A DNA stretch of 64,000 nt from Bacteriovoracaceae bacterium (GTDB lineage: Bacteria > Bdellovibrionota > Bacteriovoracia > Bacteriovoracales > Bacteriovoracaceae): NCBI GenBank assembly GCA_018649885.1, contig JABIHA010000035.1, forward strand, positions 1 through 64,000, given 5' to 3'. The translations under genes and the position numbers were made by a program. Numbering within the stretch: the stretch's first letter is position 1; each line of letters starts with the position of its first letter. The notes under the pieces were generated by a model that searched no databases, was not told the origin of the DNA, and saw only the letters and a program-made list of their open reading frames with translations. Positions 18,355 to 27,665 of the stretch are shown here, one piece after another.

Positions 18355-19618
18355 TCGTGCCGATTCATCTCTAGTAGAAAGTGAGAAGAGCTCATTTTTT
18401 TGGAGTAAACTATCTAGCTATCAAAAAAAGCTACTACTCTTTTTAAGTGTGGCCACTTTTTTTGAAGGTTATGATCTACTGGCCTTAACCCAAATTTTGC
18501 CTGAAATTAGGACTCATTTTGGTCTCACTCCTGCTTATGGTGGGATTATGGTGGGAGTTATCAATGTGGGAACCATATTATCTTATTTATTAGTAAGAAA
18601 GGCCGATATTTGGGGAAGAAAAAAAGTGATGATGCTTACTATTTTGGGGTACACACTTTTCTCATTTCTATCCGGAATCTCAACTACAGTTTATATGTTT
18701 GCAGGTTTTCAGTTGATGGCGCGAATTTTTCTCATTGCAGAGTGGGCCATTAGTAATATCTATGCCGCTGAAGAATTTCCTGCCGAAATGAGAGGGACGA
18801 TTTTGGGTATTATTCAAGGGTTTTCTTGTCTTGGTGCCATTGCTTGTGCAGCAGTAGTGCCACTTCTACTTGAAACGGGATACGGTTGGAGAACGATTTA
18901 TTTTGTGGGCACCCTGCCACTAATCATCTTGGCCTTTTCTAGAAGAAATCTAAAAGAGACAGCAAGGTTTACTAAGGCCCGCGCGGAAAGGGCCACTCTT
19001 TCGACCTCAATGACTGCAATCTTTAAAACAGATTATGTTAAAAGATTGGTCCTTGTCTCATCTATTTGGGCCCTAACCTATACCTGTACTCAAAATGCCA
19101 TAACCTTTTGGAAGGAATTTGCAACTGCCGAACGAGGTTTAACTAACGGTCAAATAGGTATATCTGTGGGAGTTGCTGCCATACTATCTATGCCTCTCGT
19201 GTTCTTTGTTGGTAAAGTCATTGATTCCCTTGGGAGAAAGAAAGGGGCACTACTTATATATGGAGTGGGACTTACTGGCATCTATGGCGCCTATACGCTC
19301 AATTCTTGGTGGGCCTTAACTGCGTCTCTTGTTTTCGCTATTTTTGGTGCTAGTTCTGTGATTCCTGTACTCAACGCATTTACTACTGAGCTCTTTCCTA
19401 CTCATTTGAGAGCAGATGCTTTTGCCTGGACTAATAATATATTCGGACGAGTTGGTTATGTCCTGGCACCTGTATTTATCGGAAGTTTTGCAGGCACTCT
19501 TGGTTGGGGCTTCACTAGTAAGTTGACCATTATTTTTCCTGTGATCGCTCTCATCATTATTTTAAAATATCTGCCAGAAACAAGCGGGGTAGAACTCGAA
19601 AAGAGTTCTTCAATTTAG
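18338..19618 (+). CDS. MFS transporter (SV2/aromatic acid:H+ symporter-like)
   Basis: about 12 TM; FFEGYD, ADIWGRK, EEFPAEMRG, IDSLGRK, ELFPTHLR, LPET motifs; start codon uncertain (18296/18311/18338). Confidence 0.9.
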   Translation: MTFGPSRADSSLVESEKSSFFWSKLSSYQKKLLLFLSVATFFEGYDLLALTQILPEIRTHFGLTPAYGGIMVGVINVGTILSYLLVRKADIWGRKKVMMLTILGYTLFSFLSGISTTVYMFAGFQLMARIFLIAEWAISNIYAAEEFPAEMRGTILGIIQGFSCLGAIACAAVVPLLLETGYGWRTIYFVGTLPLIILAFSRRNLKETARFTKARAERATLSTSMTAIFKTDYVKRLVLVSSIWALTYTCTQNAITFWKEFATAERGLTNGQIGISVGVAAILSMPLVFFVGKVIDSLGRKKGALLIYGVGLTGIYGAYTLNSWWALTASLVFAIFGASSVIPVLNAFTTELFPTHLRADAFAWTNNIFGRVGYVLAPVFIGSFAGTLGWGFTSKLTIIFPVIALIIILKYLPETSGVELEKSSSI

Positions 19619-20170
19619 ATTTTGAAAATACCTTTGTCTGTTTTTGTAGAGGTACTGAAAAATCCCTTTGCCGAAAACAAAATAAGACACAACTAGTGGC
19701 GCCAGAAGCCATCTTAAGGGTGAGGGAGAATATTTCATTATCAGTGAGCACATGACGATCTCACTTATCTGGCCTATGGGATAGAGGATGATAAAAAGGT
19801 TGTAGCGGAAAAACCCTAGAAGTCTCCCCCCAAAGAAGTAATACCCTGATCTCAGAGAATCGGCCAGTGACCAGACAAAAATTAAGGCCACTACAAATCT
19901 GGGATCACCTTGATTTTGGAGATAGGCATAGAAGATCACCCAGGCGTATAGGTTTCTCGCTAGAACTTGAATAATAGTAAAGCTGAGAGAGGATTTGACC
20001 CATTTTTTGTAGCAATGAAAGATCTCAAGCAGTGAAACCAGGTGGGTTATTCTGACAAGAGTCAGAGGTGTAAAAAACTCACTTTCAAATCCTAAAAGAG
20101 CATATATTGAAGAGCCGAGAGTCAGAAGCCATAGCACCATCATGGAAAAATTGTAGGTTTTCAAATACAT
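19610..20170 (-). CDS. PTPLA / HACD (PHS1)-like 3-hydroxyacyl-CoA dehydratase
   Basis: YLKTYN, LLEIFH...VKS...TIIQVLAR, WSLADSLR.GYY, RYNLFIILYPIGQISE, YLYKNR. Confidence 0.8.
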   Translation of the reverse strand: MYLKTYNFSMMVLWLLTLGSSIYALLGFESEFFTPLTLVRITHLVSLLEIFHCYKKWVKSSLSFTIIQVLARNLYAWVIFYAYLQNQGDPRFVVALIFVWSLADSLRSGYYFFGGRLLGFFRYNLFIILYPIGQISEIVMCSLIMKYSPSPLRWLLAPLVVSYFVFGKGIFQYLYKNRQRYFQNLN

Positions 20171-20178
20171 AGGTGGTT

Positions 20179-20207
20179 ATTATATAGGGCAATTCCCAGA
20201 GTTTCAA
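20179..20207 (-). promoter_or_regulatory. sigma70 promoter giving a near-leaderless HACD-like transcript
   Basis: TTGAAA-17-TATAAT, ATG 8 nt downstream, no SD. Confidence 0.65.
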
Positions 20208-20295
20208 TATTTGGCATTTTTACAGTGCTGATGAATAATAGATTCATTTTGAGTCTTTTATTCTATGATTCGCGCTCACTAAATTGAGAAACTAA

Positions 20296-21213
20296 ATGAG
20301 CACTGTTAAGGCTATGATTTTTATCTGTCTGATGGCCCACGGCTTGGGGTTAAAGGCGTCTAGTTCCTGCTTTAGCGCTAGAAGGCTTCTCGAAATAGTA
20401 AATCAGCGGTTTTCAGATGCAATGAGCACTGGGGATATGGTGAAGCTCAGATCTCTTGATGGAAGTACTTACACTACCCACTTTCTAGGAGAGGTTTTCG
20501 ACACAAAAACAAAGAAATTGTATTCTCTATTTTTTGATCCAGAAAATCTTGAAGTTCACTACCTCTTATCAGATCGGATTTCGTACCTAAAGGGTGGCTC
20601 CCTTAGAACCATTATAGATAATTCCCCACTTCCCCCGCTTGTAAAACAAGTAGGAGATTCATGTGCGGTCTATGCCATGCGTGGTTGTTTATCACAACTG
20701 TCTTTAATACATGGAAACCTGATTCTTCCATCGGGAAAAAGCCTATTTTCAGACCTTGATGGAGTGACTCAACAGTTATTTAAAAGATTGATCCACGAAA
20801 ACTCAGCAAGTGGTGCTGAGCAGATTCAAAAAATGCGAAGTCTTTTGAATGAATTTGGCATTGGTCATCGTATTGATTTTTCAAATTCTGGAGTGACCCC
20901 CAGTGCTGTACTGGCCCACCTCGAAAAAGGAAAACCTACAATTGTGATGTTTCCCCAAGCAACTGTTAAAGGCACTATCTCTGTCGCCTCTGATTCCGCC
21001 GTTACTATCACGCATGGGCTTCGTTCTGGTATTTCCTCTTCAAATGAGGCCATTTACCATGCCGTTGTGATGACAAGTACATTTACCGATAATAAAGGCC
21101 TTCGCTACTATGTATTTTATGATTCAGGAACCGGGGGAATTCACCTCTGGAGTGAAGCCGAAATTCTAAATTCTTCCGGCTCTAAAATTTTATACTTACT
21201 CGTTGATTTATAG
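20296..21213 (+). CDS. secreted papain-fold cysteine peptidase (C39-like)
   Basis: KQVGDSCAVYA (Q...C), YHAVVM (H), YVFYDSG (D); N-terminal signal peptide. Confidence 0.65.
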   Translation: MSTVKAMIFICLMAHGLGLKASSSCFSARRLLEIVNQRFSDAMSTGDMVKLRSLDGSTYTTHFLGEVFDTKTKKLYSLFFDPENLEVHYLLSDRISYLKGGSLRTIIDNSPLPPLVKQVGDSCAVYAMRGCLSQLSLIHGNLILPSGKSLFSDLDGVTQQLFKRLIHENSASGAEQIQKMRSLLNEFGIGHRIDFSNSGVTPSAVLAHLEKGKPTIVMFPQATVKGTISVASDSAVTITHGLRSGISSSNEAIYHAVVMTSTFTDNKGLRYYVFYDSGTGGIHLWSEAEILNSSGSKILYLLVDL

Positions 21214-22053
21214 AAGAAAAATATAATCAGCGATGGGCCCAAATTCTTTAGATGGGTTGGTCAGTTCACCAATTTCTTTTTTCCCCATTCCGATTGTATC
21301 AATGAGTTTGATCGTTATTACAGGTAGTGATTTATCACGCTTTAGTTGGGCCACAGTTCCTGAAAAATAATCAGTGTGAAAAGATCCAGCTACGACAAAT
21401 TGTAGATCAAAAGTTGAATTCGTGATTAAGGCCTGTGACATCACGCTGTCAGTAAAACACTGAGCAAGGAAGTAGCCATCTAGTTTTTCTCTTGGAACAT
21501 GAGAGCCCATGACTGTGTTAAATCGCTTGCGGTAGTTTTTATCGCCAAGCTGAAAATCAGCGGGAACATACTTTGGGTCTACTGCTTTGATTCCACCAGT
21601 GATGAGTTTTTTCTTTACAGATCTTTCAATATTTAAACCCAGGAGCTGACCACCGAGATCTTTTACAGCTTTCAAAATGGGTGCATAAACAAGATTGTTT
21701 TTTGAAACCGAGAGGCCTTGGAAAAATTTGGCAAGATCAATTTTATCATCAGAGAACATCTCAAAATTGTGATCAATTTCTGATTGCGCTGTATAATTTA
21801 AAAACTCCCAACCAACAGTGAAGCTATTTTCAGAGTATGTGGCCTTGACCACGTCTTTTATAATTTGGGCCTGGGCACCTTGGATTAGATGATTGTAATG
21901 ATATTCGCCTAGAATCACTCTGGCATTTGCTGGGATTTCTTTTAAAAATTGCTCATTAGTTACGAATTTTGAGCTTCCAGATTTATAGATGGAGGTAGCT
22001 GAAAATGTATTGAGGGATAAAATTGTCAGGGCCAAAGCAAGCATTGCTTTCAT
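21208..22053 (-). CDS. ChaN/PhuW-like (EreA/ChaN fold) exported protein
   Basis: VILGEYHYNHLIQGAQ, VGWEF, AQCFTDSVM, VAGSFH; GGAG RBS before ATG 22053. Confidence 0.85.
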   Translation of the reverse strand: MKAMLALALTILSLNTFSATSIYKSGSSKFVTNEQFLKEIPANARVILGEYHYNHLIQGAQAQIIKDVVKATYSENSFTVGWEFLNYTAQSEIDHNFEMFSDDKIDLAKFFQGLSVSKNNLVYAPILKAVKDLGGQLLGLNIERSVKKKLITGGIKAVDPKYVPADFQLGDKNYRKRFNTVMGSHVPREKLDGYFLAQCFTDSVMSQALITNSTFDLQFVVAGSFHTDYFSGTVAQLKRDKSLPVITIKLIDTIGMGKKEIGELTNPSKEFGPIADYIFLL

Positions 22054-22261
22054 TGATATTCTCCAGGATTTAATTGTCAAGACACGTATGTGGCCAATGG
22101 TATTCAAAGTGAGCTGTGTTGACAATGTTAATCGTAATTTCAGCCAGTTATGGCCGTCTGAAGTTTTGACATCCCTGTATTTGCTTCTATCCAGCTATCG
22201 CTGAGTGGCCTTCTCTTGATAATGTGGAGCGAACTGCTATAAAGGCTCCCAGGAAGGATTT

Positions 22262-23041
22262 ATGAATACTAGAGATATGCTCATTCCCTATTTTTCTTTT
22301 CCCATATTAGACGGACTTGGCCGTAGACATACGGGCCCAGAGATAATGGATGTAGCGACACTTCCTTTTTCCACTACCCAAAAAGTTTATAAGAATTTGA
22401 GCATGGTTAATTCGATCCTAGGTGTTGATGGTCCTAGCCTCCTTTTTGTTAAAAAATTTATTGAAGATCATCCAAACCAGAAGAGTCTTCGAATTCTTGA
22501 TATTGGATGTGGTCAAGGTGATAAGCTTAGAAAGATTCAGGCCCTCTTATTAAAAAAAGGCGTAGAAGCACAGCTCGTTGGAGTGGATCTTAACGAGGAT
22601 GTTGTAAAATCGGCCACAAAAAGTTCAGGGCCAAATTGTGATATACAGTTTCTTGCTAAAAATGTTTATGATTTTGATGAGACAGTCAAATTTGATATTG
22701 TCTTGTGTACTAATGTTCTACATCACTTAAGTGATGAGGATATTTTAAAACTAATCAAGTGGTCCGAACACAGAAGCGAGGCATTCTTTTTTATAGATCT
22801 CTACAGGTCTGCTCTGACATTCATAGGCTGGTGGACCCTGTGTCACACACTTTTATCTTTTTTTGGAGCGATCATCAGGACCGATGGATTTCTTTCCATT
22901 AAAAAATCATTTAGAGAAGCTGACTTTGTAAACTATGTTCACAAACTTAGTTTTAATACAGGTAAAACAATAATTAAAAAGCAAGGCCTCTTCTTTTTAT
23001 CCATGACTCATTATTCACATTGCACTGAAGTTAATTTGTAA
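22262..23041 (+). CDS. class I SAM-dependent methyltransferase
   Basis: ILDIGCGQGD, VGVDLN, FDIVLCTNVLHHL, EIMD N-terminal motif. Confidence 0.9.
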   Translation: MNTRDMLIPYFSFPILDGLGRRHTGPEIMDVATLPFSTTQKVYKNLSMVNSILGVDGPSLLFVKKFIEDHPNQKSLRILDIGCGQGDKLRKIQALLLKKGVEAQLVGVDLNEDVVKSATKSSGPNCDIQFLAKNVYDFDETVKFDIVLCTNVLHHLSDEDILKLIKWSEHRSEAFFFIDLYRSALTFIGWWTLCHTLLSFFGAIIRTDGFLSIKKSFREADFVNYVHKLSFNTGKTIIKKQGLFFLSMTHYSHCTEVNL

Positions 23042-24219
23042 TCCAGCTTAAGTGTCGCATGAGGATTGGGATGTATTTCCCAACGAATCGGCTCTTCACT
23101 TTGAATTAACTTAATTTTAGAAATTGAAAGTCCATATCTCCTGACAAATTGTCCAAGGGCCAGGTTTCCAACATGGGGAAATGAGAGCTTGTAGGGATCT
23201 CCTGTATAAGGATTGTCATAAGAGAGAATATGCCTTGATGCTCCATCACTCGTCATTGAAGAAAAATCCATAAAATATTGAATTTCTCCATCACCCAGGT
23301 CCTCGTATGAACCTGCTATATTTTGATAGGGCCCAACTCCAGGATTAGAAACGCCTATAATTCTCCCCGAGTAGTCATTTCGATATGAGTTGTTTGATAG
23401 TGAAACATTGATCTCTCCTGATTTATCAATAACGGAAATATTCCACTTCCCACTATACGACCAGGAGAAGCTTCCTGCAGGAGCTGGCAAATTTGCTTTA
23501 TGGGAGTAGGAATAATTGAGTCTCCCAAAGAGATATTTTACTGAGTCAGAACAAGATTCAGCGTAAGCAGATTTAATGGGGTTTAATTTATGGAGTAGCT
23601 TTTGGAATAGACCTGCACTAGGTGCACTTAATTCTATAACCTCATCAGCATAATCCGATAGATCACTTAGCTCTTGGTCAATATTTTGCTGCCACTCAGT
23701 TTGCTTGTCCGGGAGTGAGCCGTGCTCGGTTTCTTTGTCGTAGTGGCAACTTGCTGTCACACAGGGATTAGATTCACCGTAGTATTGATCCCACATTCCG
23801 TCCCACAAATCTCTGAAAGCATTTTCAATACCGGTGTTATTACAGCTAAGCAGATTGGCCTCTAATTCTGAGGATTCTTTGAGTGCCTTTTTCAATTTTC
23901 GAAGCCAAAGCTCATTCAGCTTCAGGTGATAGGATTCATGGGTTTTAAGTTGGTCATCGAGTGGTATTTTTCTCCAGGACAAATCAGGATCAATTCCACT
24001 TTTTAATCCAATCTTCAATTTTTTAGTGCTGGGGTTATGGCACCATGATGTAATATCCCAAGTACCCCATGTAAGTGCATCGTGTGGGGAGTTGGCGTCT
24101 GCTCCACCTCGGTAGAATCCATCTTCAACCACCATTGTAGGAGTCCATACAATATCTTCAGCGAAGCTGGAAATCGGTAGAGTGAACAAAATTGTGAATG
24201 CGAGTAGTCTAAGATTCAT
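23011..24219 (-). CDS. secreted hypothetical protein
   Basis: signal peptide ending SSFA; several Cys; internal IKSAYAE motif. Confidence 0.75.
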   Translation of the reverse strand: MNLRLLAFTILFTLPISSFAEDIVWTPTMVVEDGFYRGGADANSPHDALTWGTWDITSWCHNPSTKKLKIGLKSGIDPDLSWRKIPLDDQLKTHESYHLKLNELWLRKLKKALKESSELEANLLSCNNTGIENAFRDLWDGMWDQYYGESNPCVTASCHYDKETEHGSLPDKQTEWQQNIDQELSDLSDYADEVIELSAPSAGLFQKLLHKLNPIKSAYAESCSDSVKYLFGRLNYSYSHKANLPAPAGSFSWSYSGKWNISVIDKSGEINVSLSNNSYRNDYSGRIIGVSNPGVGPYQNIAGSYEDLGDGEIQYFMDFSSMTSDGASRHILSYDNPYTGDPYKLSFPHVGNLALGQFVRRYGLSISKIKLIQSEEPIRWEIHPNPHATLKLDYKLTSVQCE

Positions 24220-24303
24220 AAGTGGTCCCTTATCAAAAGCTGCCCACAATCTAACACTACTTGTACAAGCATGTTACTAATTCTTAATAAAGTAAGATAA
24301 TTG

Positions 24304-25260
24304 CTATTTAACTAGTCTTTTAAAGGTCGAATTGGCCCCAAAATCATAGTTTTTCACACTAGAGTTAATGAATAATTTATTAATACCTTGGAAGGTTATT
24401 TTGTGATGACTTTTTTTGACCATCTGGTCGTCTGTGTAAAGAGTGAATGAGTTCCCCTCTACGTCATAGCTGGCCTTCAATTTTGTTTCATCTCCTTTTG
24501 TAATTTCAACGACGCCGTCAGAGAACACTTTAAAACTTTTAACAAGAGTCAGTTCATCAACATTTTTCCATTCGCCAATAAGTGATTTTTCGGTAAGTGA
24601 GATTAACCCTTCAAAATCTATTTGCTGGTAGATGCAAGCCTGTGTGAGAGATAATTTTTCTATGCTAGTGGTGTTTAGCAGAGATGGATTCTTATGAATG
24701 GCGGTCGTGATGTACTTTGTGGAGAGTGAATCAAACCTAGAAGTGATTCTCTGCCAATGGTCATTAGCGGCTTTCCCATTAACCGAGAAGCTCAATGTTT
24801 TTAGGGCCCCATTTTCTAGGTTAAGAGATTTTTCAATTTGACTTTTTTGAACCTTTTCAGTTTGATCACTTTTTTTGAGAAAGATATCTTCAACTTCAAC
24901 TACCATTTTTATGGTAGTGGAATCTATTCGAGTAAATTTTTGTGTGCTCTTTGAATGGTAGTTGTAGGAGTTTGATTCTGAGTGATTAAAAGTTGCCTCT
25001 TTCTGAGTAATCAGTATATTTTTTGAAGGGATGTAATTTTGAGTTATTACCCCATTTGTTACATATTCAATGGCCCTGGTTTTTTTGGACTTTAGGTCTC
25101 TTTGAATATGTTTGCTACTACATGAATACTGGTACTTTCTAAAAGCTGGGGCCTTTTCAATCTCTAAGTAATCTTCAATATTGTTAAGTGGGTGGTGAAA
25201 AACAAAATTGTTACTAGCAAGGCAGAGAGAGGGAAGAAAAACCAAGATCCAATATTTCAT
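24304..25260 (-). CDS. secreted hypothetical protein with C-terminal lipocalin-like segment
   Basis: AGGAG RBS, signal peptide; LIGEWKN...FKVFSDG pattern. Confidence 0.75.
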   Translation of the reverse strand: MKYWILVFLPSLCLASNNFVFHHPLNNIEDYLEIEKAPAFRKYQYSCSSKHIQRDLKSKKTRAIEYVTNGVITQNYIPSKNILITQKEATFNHSESNSYNYHSKSTQKFTRIDSTTIKMVVEVEDIFLKKSDQTEKVQKSQIEKSLNLENGALKTLSFSVNGKAANDHWQRITSRFDSLSTKYITTAIHKNPSLLNTTSIEKLSLTQACIYQQIDFEGLISLTEKSLIGEWKNVDELTLVKSFKVFSDGVVEITKGDETKLKASYDVEGNSFTLYTDDQMVKKSHHKITFQGINKLFINSSVKNYDFGANSTFKRLVK

Positions 25261-25493
25261 AGAGACTCCTAAAATTTACAATATATTAGATTTAACATCG
25301 CGGATCGGGGAGTGCCAAGTTTTCCAACTTGCTGCTGCTGTGCTCTTACACTACATGCTGTGCTTTTAGACAGTTTGTGTCGCTCTAGACACTTTCTGGG
25401 AGGGGGCTTCGAGATTTTGAGAAGTTATCTCAAAAGCTGTGGCACCGCTCTTGCTCTTTAAAAGAGAGAAAAGAGGACTCAAGGAGGAGACCC

Positions 25494-26039
25494 ATGAACA
25501 AAATTTCTTTACCCCTATTTCTAATTTTACTCTCTCAAATTTGTTTAGTTTCATGTAATCAGGCCGTCACAGAGTCTCTTGCTGAAAATGGAGTCGATGT
25601 TGATTCTGAGCCACAGTCTCTTCTTGGTAAAGTTATCATTAGTGAGGTTTATCCCAATGAGCCTCTGGAAGATACTGGCTGGGAGTGGATTGAATTATTG
25701 AATACTGATCTTATTCACTGGGATCTATCTGGTTTTAAAATGACTGATAACGATGGAAGGATCTATTTTACTTTTCCAGAGGGAACTATCGTAAGGGCCG
25801 GGCACATGCTTCAAGTGGGAGCAGAAAAAAGTCTGGCCTCTCATATTCAAATTCAAGGGCTTCGGCTCCCTAACGACAAAGGAGTGTTAAAGTTAGTTTC
25901 ACCTCACGGTGAACTCATTGACCGAGTTTATTGGGGATACTCTTTTGAATTATTAACTTATTCACGGGCCGAAGATGGGGTGATGTGCAGAACACAACCG
26001 ACTCCCAAGTTGCCTAATAGTTTTTGTCTCAGAGAATAG
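25494..26039 (+). CDS. lamin tail domain (LTD) lipoprotein
   Basis: LVSC lipobox; VIISEVYPN...EWIELLN...DLSGFKMTD...FTFPEGT. Confidence 0.85.
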   Translation: MNKISLPLFLILLSQICLVSCNQAVTESLAENGVDVDSEPQSLLGKVIISEVYPNEPLEDTGWEWIELLNTDLIHWDLSGFKMTDNDGRIYFTFPEGTIVRAGHMLQVGAEKSLASHIQIQGLRLPNDKGVLKLVSPHGELIDRVYWGYSFELLTYSRAEDGVMCRTQPTPKLPNSFCLRE

Positions 26040-26093
26040 GTGAGGCTTAATATTTCGAGAACAATTTTTTAATTTTGATAGATATTTTTTAAA

Positions 26094-26118
26094 AAAAGGT
26101 GCCAGGCTGGCACCTTTT
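26094..26118. terminator. bidirectional terminator-like palindrome
   Basis: AAAAGGTGCCAG-G-CTGGCACCTTTT between convergent genes. Confidence 0.7.
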
Positions 26119-26121
26119 CTC

Positions 26122-26601
26122 TCAGTAGTACGAACCAAGATCATCATAGTCATCTTTATTGTACAAAACAAGTGCTGGGTTATCTACTAAATCATCAAGG
26201 TGAAGTAAAACCGTATCCCAAATTGATTTATGTTCAAGCATTGTCATGTTATTAGGAAAGATTTCATGTGAAACTTGCAAGTTCGTTCTATTATCTGAAA
26301 GACTTGTAAAGTCCAATTTGACTGTAGAATTTCTAACGTCGGAATCATTCCAGGAATATTCAATATGACGATCTTGCTCAATTTCAAGATATGTACCCAT
26401 CCATGAAAATTTTGTACCATCTTTTAAAAATGTTTCCACAGAATATGTCCCACCTTCAGTAAAATCACTCGTTATTTTTGTCCTTAAATAGTCATGTAGA
26501 TAAAACCATTTTTTCAACTTACTGATGTCTTCAAATTCGGAAAAAAGTTTTTTTACATTAGTATAAAAAATATGAGATCTTTGATAAATCTTTTTCATCA
26601 C
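26122..26601 (-). CDS. SRPBCC/AHSA1 domain protein
   Basis: LKKWF, DFTEGGTY, GTYLEIEQDRHIEYSW, HKSIWDTVLLHL. Confidence 0.85.
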   Translation of the reverse strand: MMKKIYQRSHIFYTNVKKLFSEFEDISKLKKWFYLHDYLRTKITSDFTEGGTYSVETFLKDGTKFSWMGTYLEIEQDRHIEYSWNDSDVRNSTVKLDFTSLSDNRTNLQVSHEIFPNNMTMLEHKSIWDTVLLHLDDLVDNPALVLYNKDDYDDLGSYY

Positions 26602-26727
26602 CTACCCCCGGGTTAGAAATAGCTATAGTAACAATAGGATAGAAAAATAAAACGGTATCCAACATGGTAATAACTGTTTTTAGTCAATTCTGTACTAGGG
26701 AGGTGATTAAAAGCATATATGGGAAGT

Positions 26728-26753
26728 CTGGTGCCACGTCGCTTTTTACGATC
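26728..26753 (+). repeat. dispersed repeat family copy
   Basis: CTGGTGCCACGTCGCTTTTTACGATC matches the reverse complement of the 1849-1875 and 8826-8856 ends. Confidence 0.7.
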
Positions 26754-26968
26754 CGAAGAGGCACGCGTGGGAATGAATAAAATCGAAGTTATTTAAAGGG
26801 GATTAAAGCAGAGGTTTTCGAGCGATACTTATTGACGATAGGAATGGTGCGTTAAATTATCCTTTAGATATTCAATTAACTGCTGATTATTTTTCATAAC
26901 ATCATCTAAAGGAGAAGGACCAAGCCTATTTTAGTTATCATAGCAAATTGTAGAATTAATTTTCCTTA

Positions 26969-27289
26969 CTAGTGCACCATCAAATATTTTGTGTTTTGAT
27001 CATAAACTGCGCGAGGGCCTTTGGTTATTAACTCTAAGCTAAACATTTGATGTGCGACAGCTCTTACTCTGGAGATATCACCATACAAGGATTTTATTAT
27101 ATCTATCATTTGAGAGCTTTTTAGCTTCGATTTTTTCGTCAGAGAGTATCGCCAGGGATTGTCAGAAAAACGATATTCCACTTCATAAACTACCCCAGGG
27201 ACTTGCGGTGAGCTATAACATGTCCACATTTCGGCTTGGGCCAAACCCGAAAACCAGCACAGAAAAAAAGCTAATTTGGTAATGCTCAT
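26969..27289 (-). CDS. secreted hypothetical protein
   Basis: signal peptide ending LAQA. Confidence 0.55.
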   Translation of the reverse strand: MSITKLAFFLCWFSGLAQAEMWTCYSSPQVPGVVYEVEYRFSDNPWRYSLTKKSKLKSSQMIDIIKSLYGDISRVRAVAHQMFSLELITKGPRAVYDQNTKYLMVH

Positions 27290-27665
27290 ATTTTCTCTCT
27301 CAAAGATTTGTATTGGTCATAACACATACGCTACAAAAAGTTGCATAGCTAAAAAATCAAGAAATATTTCTTCTATTGTCCTTAAAATGAATGGATATGT
27401 GAACGGTAACGCGTTTTTGTACTGGCAATGTGAATCTGGCCTGGAACCTAACATGCTACGCTCTATTGAAAAAAATTCACATCATTTAATTTGTTCTTAA
27501 GTACTAAAGTCTCTCACCTTCACAATTCAGTAATCTTTACTCAAAGAAGGCACAAAATCTACTTTTTTGATAAAAGTAGGAAAAGGTGTAAAGCAGGAAG
27601 GTCATCTTTAAAAAAATAATTTATTTTCATAGCAGCCTCGGAATTTCGTAGCAAAGGAAAAGGAA

